This document shows, one piece after another, positions 55,683 through 64,000 of a stretch of 64,000 nt of DNA (position 1 is the stretch's first letter; each line of letters starts with the position of its first letter). Below the pieces are notes generated by a model. The model was not told the origin of the DNA and made no database searches. It saw nothing but the letters and a program-made list of their open reading frames with translations. The stretch comes from an uncultured Chloroflexia bacterium (lineage in GTDB: Bacteria; Chloroflexota; Anaerolineae; CG2-30-64-16), in assembly GCA_963774265.1 (NCBI GenBank), contig CAVZDU010000009.1:1-64000 (forward strand). Direction: 5' to 3'. The position numbers were made by a program, and so were the translations under genes.

Positions 55683-58073
55683 TCAAGGACCACACCCCGG
55701 CGGCGGCGTTACGGTGGCCGGGCACGCGGCCGTCCCCACCGGGAACTGCACACTCATCAGTGCATCGTAGGACAGGATGATCAGCGCATCGGTGGAATTG
55801 ACCAGCCCGTCCCCGTTCGCATCGCCGCAGTTCATCGGACAGAACGCCGCCGTGTCCATGTCGGCATCGGCCGACAGCACGATCAGCGCATCGGTCGAGT
55901 TTGCCGCGCCGTCGCCGTTGACATCCCCCAGCACCCTGTCCGCACTCACCACCACCTGGCCGTCGGTGATCGCCAACTGCGGCAGCAGATTCGCAAAGGT
56001 CGTCGCGGCGGCCATGACCGTATAGCCCAAGTCCAACACACTCGTGCCTGCACCCACCGCATTGAACGTGACCTGGTACACCACGGTGTTGCCGGTCGCG
56101 CCGCTTGAATTCGCCCCGTTGAACGACAGCGAGCCGCTTCCTGCGTTCACCGCACCGGTGAACCCACCCAGTGGACCCGAGTTGCTGACGTAGCTGAGCA
56201 CCGCCGGGTCCCACGCCAGCGACCCCGTGAAACTGCCCAGCTTCGCGCCGGATGGCGTCGCACCGCTCATGTCGATGTTGATGCTCACCACCACCTGCCC
56301 GCCCACGGCCACCGTCCCCGCAGACGGCGTCGCCGCCGACGTGATGGTCCCCACTTCCACGAAGTTGGCCGTCACCGTCTTGGCGGAGGTCATGGTGACC
56401 GAGCACGTGCTGCCGCTGCAATCGCCGCTCCACGAGCTAAAGGCGTAGCCGGTGTTGGGGGTGGCCGTGACATTGACCGCCGTGTCCTCGGGATAGCTGT
56501 GCACGCCTGCCGCCGGGTTGGTCGTGGCGGCACCCACCGGATTCACCGCGACGGTCAGATCGTAGACCGGCGGCGGCAAGGTGAAGGAGTAGAGGATCTC
56601 CCCATCGTTCCCGGATAGTAAGGACCGCACATAATCCACCTGGACCTGGTCCGCAGAGACATCCACGCGGATATGGCCGCAGGCGAGCTGGATGTTGTCC
56701 CCCGTGGGGTAACCGCCGCCGTCGTTGCGATAGTCGGTGGTGCTGGTGATGTCGTCCGGTTTCGGCACCTCAAGATACACGATGCCGTCGAGCTCTTCCT
56801 TAGAGAAAAAGTGGTCATGCCCATGGAAGAGGATGTCGACGTCGTTGGCCACCAGCAGGTCATGAATCGGCATTTCCCAGCCCGGCCGTTCCGTGGCAAA
56901 GCCCTCCGTGCCATCAGCGTTCTTGCCGCCCCACTCAAAGAGCTCGGCTGCAGCAATCCCACCCCGGCCATAGGGAATCACCCCGCCGGTCAGGTGGTGA
57001 GTAAATACGAATTTCCAGGTGGCATCGCTGTCTTCCAGCGTGGCCTTCAGCCAGTCGTACTGCTGCTTGCCCAGGGTCCAGTCCCAGCGGTCACCCGACG
57101 CCTCGCCATCCGCCCCTTCCCCGCCATATCCCGCTCCATTATCATTGGGCCAGGTCATGGAGTAGTGGAACGGGTCCAGAACCACGAACAGCGCATCGCC
57201 CCATTCCCAGGCATAGTAATCCTCGTGCAGGTGATCGCCCTCGATGAGCGTGTTGCTGGTGTCGGTGTTGCCGGTGTAGAAATCGTCCGGGACCGGGTTG
57301 GGGATGTACAGCTTGCGCGCCTTGATGCCGCGGATGGCCAGCGAGCCTTCGGGCGGGGTGAACACGTCATCCCAGTTCCAGCCCTCTTCATTCTCATGGT
57401 TGCCGATGGCCAGGAAGAACGGGATTTCGGCGCCGATGATGTTCAGGGAGGCGGGCTGGCGCTGGACACGATATGCCGCATCGGCGTTCGCTTCCGTCAT
57501 CCCGTTGCCCAGGCCAGTGCCGTAGGGCGCTAGTGGGTCCATGGCGAAGGTATCGCCCAGGTCGATGTGAAAGTCGGGCGGCTCGGCCGCGATGTGGGTC
57601 AGGCTGCGCTGGTACAGATTCCTCTGCTCCGTCGTCTGCCCGCCGTACTGCCCCAGGTGCGAGTCGGAGATGATGGTAAAGGTGAAGGGGCTGCCCGGCG
57701 CGCGCTGGGTGTGGAACGAGTGCTGGCCGCCCCCCGTCCACGGGTCGCCGCTGGTGGCCCGGAAGCGCACCTGGTAGTAGTACTCGGTATCGGCCGTAAG
57801 CCCGTCGATCACCACTTCGACGGGCTCGTTCGCGGTGCACGCGGTGGCGGTTGTCTCGGAGCCGTAAGAGGGCGTGGCGCCATACTCGAGAGAAATCTGG
57901 CCGCTCTGGTCCGGGATCACGTTGGCGGTGACCGAGTGATCCGTAGGCCGGCCCAGCAGGATGCTGAAGTCGGCCACCGCCTGAGGGGCGGACACGGAGC
58001 CGCTCGCGTTCAACACGAACGCAAACAGCAGCACCAGGATCACCGGCAGCGTCAGAACTCGCCTGCGTCTCAT
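55683..58073 (-). CDS. Secreted metallophosphoesterase + InlB-B-like repeat + cohesin + dockerin [gene F]
   Basis: SDSH/DLGD/GNHE/HGHDH; cohesin ~55945-56345; dockerin ~55760-55928. Confidence 0.87.
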   Translation of the reverse strand: MRRRRVLTLPVILVLLFAFVLNASGSVSAPQAVADFSILLGRPTDHSVTANVIPDQSGQISLEYGATPSYGSETTATACTANEPVEVVIDGLTADTEYYYQVRFRATSGDPWTGGGQHSFHTQRAPGSPFTFTIISDSHLGQYGGQTTEQRNLYQRSLTHIAAEPPDFHIDLGDTFAMDPLAPYGTGLGNGMTEANADAAYRVQRQPASLNIIGAEIPFFLAIGNHENEEGWNWDDVFTPPEGSLAIRGIKARKLYIPNPVPDDFYTGNTDTSNTLIEGDHLHEDYYAWEWGDALFVVLDPFHYSMTWPNDNGAGYGGEGADGEASGDRWDWTLGKQQYDWLKATLEDSDATWKFVFTHHLTGGVIPYGRGGIAAAELFEWGGKNADGTEGFATERPGWEMPIHDLLVANDVDILFHGHDHFFSKEELDGIVYLEVPKPDDITSTTDYRNDGGGYPTGDNIQLACGHIRVDVSADQVQVDYVRSLLSGNDGEILYSFTLPPPVYDLTVAVNPVGAATTNPAAGVHSYPEDTAVNVTATPNTGYAFSSWSGDCSGSTCSVTMTSAKTVTANFVEVGTITSAATPSAGTVAVGGQVVVSINIDMSGATPSGAKLGSFTGSLAWDPAVLSYVSNSGPLGGFTGAVNAGSGSLSFNGANSSGATGNTVVYQVTFNAVGAGTSVLDLGYTVMAAATTFANLLPQLAITDGQVVVSADRVLGDVNGDGAANSTDALIVLSADADMDTAAFCPMNCGDANGDGLVNSTDALIILSYDALMSVQFPVGTAACPATVTPPPGCGP

Positions 58074-58103
58074 CGATCCTCTCCTTTACTCGTCCGTCCC
58101 TCA

Positions 58104-58132
58104 GGCGTGAGGCCGGTCCCCGGCCTCACGCC
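58104..58132. other. 13-bp intergenic stem-loop after gene G
   Basis: ggcgtgaggccgg-tcc-ccggcctcacgcc. Confidence 0.72.
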
Positions 58133-58157
58133 CTTCCATCAAACGAGATCCTGCAGA

Positions 58158-61100
58158 TCAGCGCGGCAGCATGCCGAACCACTTGCGGAGGCCTTCCGGC
58201 GCGCCGACGACGCATCCAGCCGGCTGAGCGGTCAAGTCAGGCTCCTCGACCGGCTCTCCCACCGGGAGCGCACCGACGCCGTAACCCACATCGTACGTCA
58301 GGATGATCAGGGCATCTGTCGAATTAGCCAGCCCATCGGCGTTCACGTCACCGTAATTCATGGGGCAGAAATCGGCGCTCGCAGCAGGCAGTCCGGCGTC
58401 GACGGTAAGGACGATAAGTGCATCGGTGGAGTCCACCGAGCCATCCAAGTTGACATCGCCCAGCAGGCGGAGGTAGTTCACACCCGCGGAATGCGCCTCG
58501 GCCGGCATGGTCAGGCTGTTCGTGGCCGCCGTGCTCTCGTCGTTAGCGGTGCCGTACCAGCTCGCGATCCCCCAGCCCGTGGCCGGGACCGCCCCGCTCA
58601 GGTTGATCAGCTCACCCGCGGCGAACTGGCCGGTTGGGCAACTGATCGAGTTGATCGCTTCGCCGGTCGGATCCGTCCCGCTGCCGGTGTGCCCCAGGGT
58701 CAGCTCGTAGCAGACCGCCGTCCACTGCGCATACAGCGTGACGTTGGCTGAGCCGATTACGAACGTATCGCCGGCATTGTAGCTGGTGCCCAAGCCGTCA
58801 GCCTGGGTGTTCCACCCCGCGAAGGTGTAGCCGGTCTTCACCAACGAGCCGGTGTTGCCCAGCACCGTCACCGTCGCACCGAAATTGTAGGGGCTCGCGG
58901 GGTCGGTCGGGGCTGTGCCGCCGGTGCTGCCGTTGCCAGCGTAGGTCACGGTGTAGCTGTTGATCGTCCACTTGGCGTACAGCGTCACGTTGGCTGCGCC
59001 GATCACGAACGTGTCGCCAGCATTGTAGCTGGTGCCCAAGCCGTCAGCCTGGGTGTTCCACCCCGCGAAGGTGTAGCCGGTCTTCACCAACGAGCCGGTG
59101 TTGCCCAGCACCGTCACCGTCGCACCGAAATTGTAGGGACTGGAGGGGTCAGTTGGGGCTGTGCCGCCGGTGCTGCCGTTGCCAGCGTAGGTCACGGTAT
59201 AGCTGTTGATCGTCCACTTGGCGTACAGCGTGACGTTGGCTGCGCCGATCACGAACGTGTCGCCAGCATTGTAGCTGGTGCCCAAGCCGTCAGCCTGGGT
59301 GTTCCACCCCGCGAAGGTGTAGCCGGTCTTCACCAACGAGCCGGTGTTGCCCAGCACCGTCACCGTCGCACCGAAATTGTAGGGGCTCGCGGGGTCGGTC
59401 GGGGCTGTGCCGCCGGTGCTGCCGTTGCCAGCGTAGGTCACGGTGTAGCTGTTGATCGTCCACTTGGCGTACAGCGTCACGTTGGCTGCGCCGATCACGA
59501 ACGTGTCGCCAGCATTGTAGCTGGTGCCCAAGCCGTCAGCCTGGGTGTTCCAGCCCGCGAAGGTGTAGCCGGTCTTCACCAACGAGCCGGTGTTGCCCAG
59601 CACCGTCACCGTCGCACCGAAATTGTAGGGGCTCGCGGGGTCGGTCGGGGCTGTGCCGCCGGTGCTGCCGTTGCCAGCGTAGGTCACGGTATAGCTGTTG
59701 ATCGTCCACTTGGCGTACAGCGTCACGTTGGCTGCGCCGATCACGAACGTGTCGCCAGCATTGTAGCTGGTGCCCAAGCCGTCAGCCTGGGTGTTCCAGC
59801 CCGCGAAGGTGTAGCCGGTCTTCACCAACGAGCCGGTGTTGCCCAGCACCGTCACGGTCGATCCAGAATTGTAGGGACTGGAGGGGTCAGTTGGGGCTGT
59901 GCCGCCGGTGCTGCCGTTGCCAGCGTAGGTGACGGTGAAGGTCGGACTGCTGGCGGTAGTAAAGGTCCACGTCGGACCCTGGATGCCGTAGAAGCCGTCG
60001 TTAACCGTCACATACCACTCATACTGCGTCGATGCCGTGAGACCCGGCCAGCTCATCGTCGCATTGGTGCCGCTGGCAACGGCGTAAGCCGTGCCCAGAT
60101 TCGTCCAGGATCCGGCTCCCACTGCCCGGCCGTAGAACGTGACATCGGTCGCGTTCCCATCCGCGTCGTTGACCGTCACTTCCAGTGTCGGCGAGGTGCT
60201 GACACCCGTCGTGCCGGAGGGCGTAGGAGACACCAGCGTTGGCTGGCTGGGCGCGGTGTTGTTGGCGAGGCAGTAGGTGACGCTCAGTACGGGAGGGGTC
60301 GTCCCTTCGCGTGAATCAAAGACCAGTGGGTCCGTTGTACCGGTCGTGTAATTCTGGATGGTCACGCCATTGTTGACCCCACCGGACACCCAGCGCTGCA
60401 CAACAGGTACACCGCCGTTGGCCACAGTGGTCAGGGGCACCGTTCTGCTGCCAGCGGGGGTAAGGTTGCTCGTCGATGCAGTCCACAGGTTTACGGTGGC
60501 GCGATCAATGGACCCGGTGGTGTTTTTCGCGCCACCCGCCGTGGTCCACGCGACGGGGGCGGGGTCATAGTTGGTCCAGGAGGCGCCCGTACCCGCGGCG
60601 CCATCGTTGGTGCCCTCCACCCAGGGTTTTGCCACGTCATACATGCTTGGAGCGTACAATGTGACAGGATCCGTGACGTTAAGTGTGATGCTGGCACTGC
60701 TAACGGCAGCGAACCACGGGATACTGCTCACGTTCCATTTCAACAACGCCCCTCGCTGGGTAGCGGTCGTTCTATCAACCTGAATCGTTGTGGCGGCGCC
60801 ATAGTTGTAGGTAGTAGCGCCGCTGGCAGCGTTCATGTAGGTATCCGCCGCCGCGTTCAGATGAACAGTATTTGAGCATGGTGCTGTCTCAGTAGGAGCA
60901 AAGTTGGCGGTTACGGACTTGTCCCCGTTCATCACGATCGTAACGGCGCCGCCGCCGGCGCTGACAAGGTCGCCGGCGTTCGCACCCACCCAACCGCTAA
61001 AGAGATAGCCGGAGCTAGGGATTGGCCTAAGCGTGACCGTCCTGCCGGCGCAGATGGAAGTCTCGACGGGGCTTTGCGTTACAGTACCGTGGGCATCGTG

Positions 61101-61955
61101 GCCGACCGTCAACGTGTGGTAGTTCGAACCCGCGCAGACCGGGTTAATTGCCGCCGCGACATCTACCCAGATGCCGGTTGGTGGTGTCGTTCCGCCCACC
61201 GTCCAACTCATCGTGACCGAGTTGGCTAAGTTGGCATCCTGGGTGCTGGCATAACCCCCCGCCTGTCCAGCCGCGAGATTCCATCCAGTCAACTGCGTAT
61301 TGCCGCCACTGGCAGTCAAGGTAGAGCCGCCACCAATGAACGCGTCGTCAAATACCAACTCGTCGCCGACGAGCCCATTCAAAGTCACACCCAAGGCGTT
61401 GCTTACGTTATCAGCGCCGTTGGTCGGCCCAATTGGATTCGTCTGGTCAACATTATAGAACCTGGCGATGCCGCCTATGACGCCGTTCGTCCCTGGGGAG
61501 GTCTTGAAGGTGACCGTTACATACCCAACTTGCCCATCCGTTGGTTCTGTCGTATACCAGATCGAGGCCCATCGAAGGAGCCAGGTATTGCTTCGCGATA
61601 TGGCCTGTTTCAAGTTTATGACCGGCCCTGAAGTGGGAGTGAATGTCACCCCGGTGATAGGTGCATCAGCCGTAGCGGGATTCCAGGACACGCCAACCAC
61701 CATCAACCTGTTTGGGTTTGAACTGATCGTGATAGTTCCTGTCCCGGAAGGGATCCTAAGAGTAGCAGAACTAGTGGTCGATGAGACAACAGTAGGAGCG
61801 CCGTCCAGTGTAACGGTGGTTGCCGCCGGCGCAAGGTCCGGCAGCGGCAACGCAGGCGCGGCGAGGACCGGCGCGGCGCTGCCCATGACCAGGGCGAAGA
61901 CGACCAAAAGGATCCAGAAGCCGGAAACCGGGTGGACACGCTGTGAGTGGTTCAT
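58158..61955 (-). CDS. Large secreted adhesin-like protein: beta-rich N-domain, DNRLRE-like domain, FN3-like domain, 5 InlB-B repeats, dockerin [gene G]
   Basis: Signal peptide; AADTYM...NYG...RGALLKWNVSSIP; GDVNLDGSVDSTDAL...GDVNADGLANSTDAL. Confidence 0.8.
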   Translation of the reverse strand: MNHSQRVHPVSGFWILLVVFALVMGSAAPVLAAPALPLPDLAPAATTVTLDGAPTVVSSTTSSATLRIPSGTGTITISSNPNRLMVVGVSWNPATADAPITGVTFTPTSGPVINLKQAISRSNTWLLRWASIWYTTEPTDGQVGYVTVTFKTSPGTNGVIGGIARFYNVDQTNPIGPTNGADNVSNALGVTLNGLVGDELVFDDAFIGGGSTLTASGGNTQLTGWNLAAGQAGGYASTQDANLANSVTMSWTVGGTTPPTGIWVDVAAAINPVCAGSNYHTLTVGHDAHGTVTQSPVETSICAGRTVTLRPIPSSGYLFSGWVGANAGDLVSAGGGAVTIVMNGDKSVTANFAPTETAPCSNTVHLNAAADTYMNAASGATTYNYGAATTIQVDRTTATQRGALLKWNVSSIPWFAAVSSASITLNVTDPVTLYAPSMYDVAKPWVEGTNDGAAGTGASWTNYDPAPVAWTTAGGAKNTTGSIDRATVNLWTASTSNLTPAGSRTVPLTTVANGGVPVVQRWVSGGVNNGVTIQNYTTGTTDPLVFDSREGTTPPVLSVTYCLANNTAPSQPTLVSPTPSGTTGVSTSPTLEVTVNDADGNATDVTFYGRAVGAGSWTNLGTAYAVASGTNATMSWPGLTASTQYEWYVTVNDGFYGIQGPTWTFTTASSPTFTVTYAGNGSTGGTAPTDPSSPYNSGSTVTVLGNTGSLVKTGYTFAGWNTQADGLGTSYNAGDTFVIGAANVTLYAKWTINSYTVTYAGNGSTGGTAPTDPASPYNFGATVTVLGNTGSLVKTGYTFAGWNTQADGLGTSYNAGDTFVIGAANVTLYAKWTINSYTVTYAGNGSTGGTAPTDPASPYNFGATVTVLGNTGSLVKTGYTFAGWNTQADGLGTSYNAGDTFVIGAANVTLYAKWTINSYTVTYAGNGSTGGTAPTDPSSPYNFGATVTVLGNTGSLVKTGYTFAGWNTQADGLGTSYNAGDTFVIGAANVTLYAKWTINSYTVTYAGNGSTGGTAPTDPASPYNFGATVTVLGNTGSLVKTGYTFAGWNTQADGLGTSYNAGDTFVIGSANVTLYAQWTAVCYELTLGHTGSGTDPTGEAINSISCPTGQFAAGELINLSGAVPATGWGIASWYGTANDESTAATNSLTMPAEAHSAGVNYLRLLGDVNLDGSVDSTDALIVLTVDAGLPAASADFCPMNYGDVNADGLANSTDALIILTYDVGYGVGALPVGEPVEEPDLTAQPAGCVVGAPEGLRKWFGMLPR
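58720..59940 (-). repeat. Five near-identical 246-bp coding tandem repeats (82-aa InlB-B/Flg_new-like)
   Basis: YTVTYAGNGSTGGTAPTDP...KTGYTFAGWNTQADGLGTSY...VTLYAKW. Confidence 0.92.
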
Positions 61956-62297
61956 CGTTCCTCCTCCATGAAAATTTGGCGTTTTCCGAAGAGCGACCTA
62001 TGGACCGTCATCGTCTGGCTTCCACCTGGCGATCAGGGAGGTTCGATCACGCCAGGAGCCGTGGCTCGCTGAAAGCCAGTCAGGCGGCAGGGACGTATTC
62101 AGTTGTCAGGGACGAACGCGCAATTCGTAAGGGACAGGCGCGCATGCCGGCAAAAGGCAGCTGCCGGATGCTCAAGGCGAAGTTCTGATTGATCAGATCG
62201 ACACGACAGACAACTCATGCGGTCGCAAAGGTCTACCCATGGAGAGGCAATTGACACATTACGTAGTGGGTGCATTTGCAATTCAGCTTACAAAAAT

Positions 62298-62328
62298 ATT
62301 ATATCACAAGTGAAACGACTTAAGTCAA
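62298..62328 (-). promoter_or_regulatory. Candidate promoter of the cohesin-dockerin cluster
   Basis: Minus strand TTGACT-19 nt-TATAAT with extended TG; palindrome GACTTAAGTC (62317-62326) overlaps the -35. Confidence 0.55.
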
Positions 62329-62441
62329 GTGAGATTCCCGTGAAAATCCTTAAAGATTGCGGACCGCCAAGAGACCTGCCCTCTCTGTCACACGAGCACG
62401 AGTTCGGACAGCAAAGGAGCCACGGAAACCGCGCGCCCAAC

Positions 62442-62471
62442 TTGCCGCACGCCGGTCCCTTGTGCTATACT
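62442..62471 (+). promoter_or_regulatory. rpsB promoter
   Basis: TTGCCG-18 nt-TATACT with extended TG. Confidence 0.6.
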
Positions 62472-62494
62472 CTTTTGTCGGGCCAAAGGCCCAA

Positions 62495-62610
62495 GTATAC
62501 ACGCCTGCGCTCAGACTGGCCGTGCCCGGACGCCTGCGGTAAGGCGCCAAGCGGAAGCGCTAAACCGCACGTATGCCGGGTCCCAGGTCATTGTCGCAGG
62601 CGGAAGTCCA
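62495..62610 (+). ncRNA. Probable rpsB (S2) structured 5' leader
   Basis: cgcctgcg (~62502) pairs with cgcaggcg (~62595); position matches known S2 autoregulatory leaders. Confidence 0.45.
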
Positions 62611-62630
62611 AACGGAAAGGGAGAACTGTC

Positions 62631-63717
62631 GTGTCTGTTATTTCGATGAAGCAGTTGCTCGAAGCCGGTGTCCATTTCGGCCACCGAACCCGCCGCTGGC
62701 ATCCCAAGATGCGCACGTTCATCTTCACGGAACGCAACGGCATCCACATCATCGACCTCCAGCAGACCATGCGGCAGGTCAACAACGCCTACCAGATCGT
62801 GCGCGATACCGTGCGCGAGGGTGGGCTGGTGCTCTTCGTGGGCACCAAGAAGCAGGCGCAGGAAACGATTCGCGGCGAAGCCGAACGCTGCGGCATGCCC
62901 TTCATCACCACCCGCTGGCTCGGCGGCACGCTCACCAACTTCCGCACGATCCGCCTACGCGTCGAGTACATGCCGGACCTGGAGCGCCGCGAGACGCGCG
63001 GCGACCTGGATCGCCTGCCCAAGAAGGAAGCCCTGCTGCTGCGCAGCGAGCTCGTGCGCCTGAACAACCGCATCGGCGGCCTGCGCACTATGACGCACCT
63101 GCCCGACCTGCTCTTCATCGTCGATGTGCAGCGCGAATCACTGGCCGTCATCGAGGCCAACAAGCTGCACATCCCCATCGTGGCCATGGTCGACACCAAC
63201 TGCGACCCGGACCCGATCGATCTACCCGATCCCGTCGAACGACGACGCGATCCGCGCGATCAAGCTGATGGCGGGCAAGATGGCCGACGCGGTCGTCGAA
63301 GGCCTGCAGATGCGTGCAGTGGACGAGGCGGACCGCGCAGCGATGACGCCGGGCGCGGCAGAGCCTGAGCCGGTGGATGAGTTGGCCCAGGAAAAGCTGG
63401 ACCGCATCGCGTATATGGGCGTCGAAGACTTCTCCGTCGAAGAAGAGGGCCTTGCTGAAGACTACCTTGGGCCGTCCGTGCTGGAAAAGCTGGCCAAGGG
63501 ACTCGATACTCTGGACATTGAAGAAACCGTAACCGCACCTGCGATCGAGCCCGTGACCGCACCCGCGATCGAAGCCGCGACCGAGATCGAGCCTGTGACC
63601 GCACCCGCGATCGAAACTGAGATCGAAACCGCGGCCGAGATCGAAACCGCGGCCGAGATCGAGACCAAAACCGAGACTGCAACCGAAACCGGCGCCGAAA
63701 CCGTCGAAGAAGCGTAA
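62631..63717 (+). CDS. rpsB: 30S ribosomal protein S2 with acidic repetitive C-terminal tail (frameshift ~63222)
   Basis: [41 protein letters not shown]. Confidence 0.97.
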
Positions 63718-63735
63718 TACTCCAGGAGAACTGTT

Positions 63736-64000
63736 GTGGAAATCACTGCCGCAATGGTGAAAGAATTGCGCGCGCTTACAGACGCGGGCGTGTTGGACTG
63801 CCGAAAGGCGCTGGAAAAGGCTGAGGGCGACACCTCAAAGGCCGCCGAATTTCTGCGGGAGAAGGGCCTGTCCACTGCGGCCAAGAAGGCGGACCGCGAG
63901 ACCAAAGAAGGCCTCATCGGTCATTACATTCACACGGGCAGCAAGGTCGCCGCGCTGGTCGAGGTGAACTGCGAGACCGACTTCGTAGCCCGCACCGAGC
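63736..64000 (+). CDS. tsf: Elongation factor Ts (3'-truncated by the window end)
   Basis: [20 protein letters not shown]...[11 protein letters not shown]. Confidence 0.97.
   Translation, partial: MEITAAMVKELRALTDAGVLDCRKALEKAEGDTSKAAEFLREKGLSTAAKKADRETKEGLIGHYIHTGSKVAALVEVNCETDFVARTE

Noticed and set aside
43661-58751. Long plus-strand ORFs opposite the cluster (e.g. 43661-45025, 45844-47427, 51030-52433)
   Set aside because: They are Arg/Gly-rich shadow frames typical of GC-rich DNA, with no motifs.
58720-59940. Long regular repeats as a possible CRISPR array
   Set aside because: The units are 246 bp, in frame and protein-coding, with no unique spacers and no cas genes.
43382-61955. Calling the cluster a true cellulosome
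   Set aside because: No glycoside hydrolase, lyase or CBM3 is recognisable; all catalytic cargo in the window is phosphoesterase.
61960-62290. Known riboswitch (e.g. c-di-GMP) or PHO box in the cluster leader
   Set aside because: No matching consensus was found by eye on either strand.

Overview
GC-rich bacterial window, most likely Chloroflexota (Anaerolineae-like; inferred from C-terminal 'YLPxI(V/S)(R/K)' motifs on secreted proteins and general gene content). Many conserved genes, including rpsB and udk, carry single-base frameshifts, so most breaks are probably long-read indel errors. Contents in order: udk; a WbpB/D/E/I-type di-N-acetyl-uronic-acid sugar pathway with flippase and glycosyltransferases; a PEP-utilizing (RPH-like) enzyme coupled to a PlsY-like gene; an FtsX-type permease; a probable UxxC selenoprotein with a SECIS-like hairpin; a fasciclin protein; a sugar ABC transporter; a CrtI-like/4Fe-4S fusion; MarR plus Rieske oxygenase; MNT-HEPN; GT4s, an O-antigen-ligase/TPR protein and a WecA-like gene; cyclophilins; rnz; and rpsB-tsf. 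The main result is an ~18.6-kb minus-strand seven-gene cluster (43382-61955) with cellulosome-like architecture but no glycoside hydrolases. It encodes a ~1,650-aa four-cohesin scaffoldin and a one-cohesin mini-scaffoldin, both ending in the YLP motif. It also encodes four secreted calcineurin-like phosphoesterases that each end in a dockerin (two also carry their own cohesin), and a dockerin-tagged adhesin-like protein. This is a candidate surface-tethered multi-phosphoesterase complex ('phosphatosome'). Domain calls are by eye from motifs and were not confirmed by HMM search.
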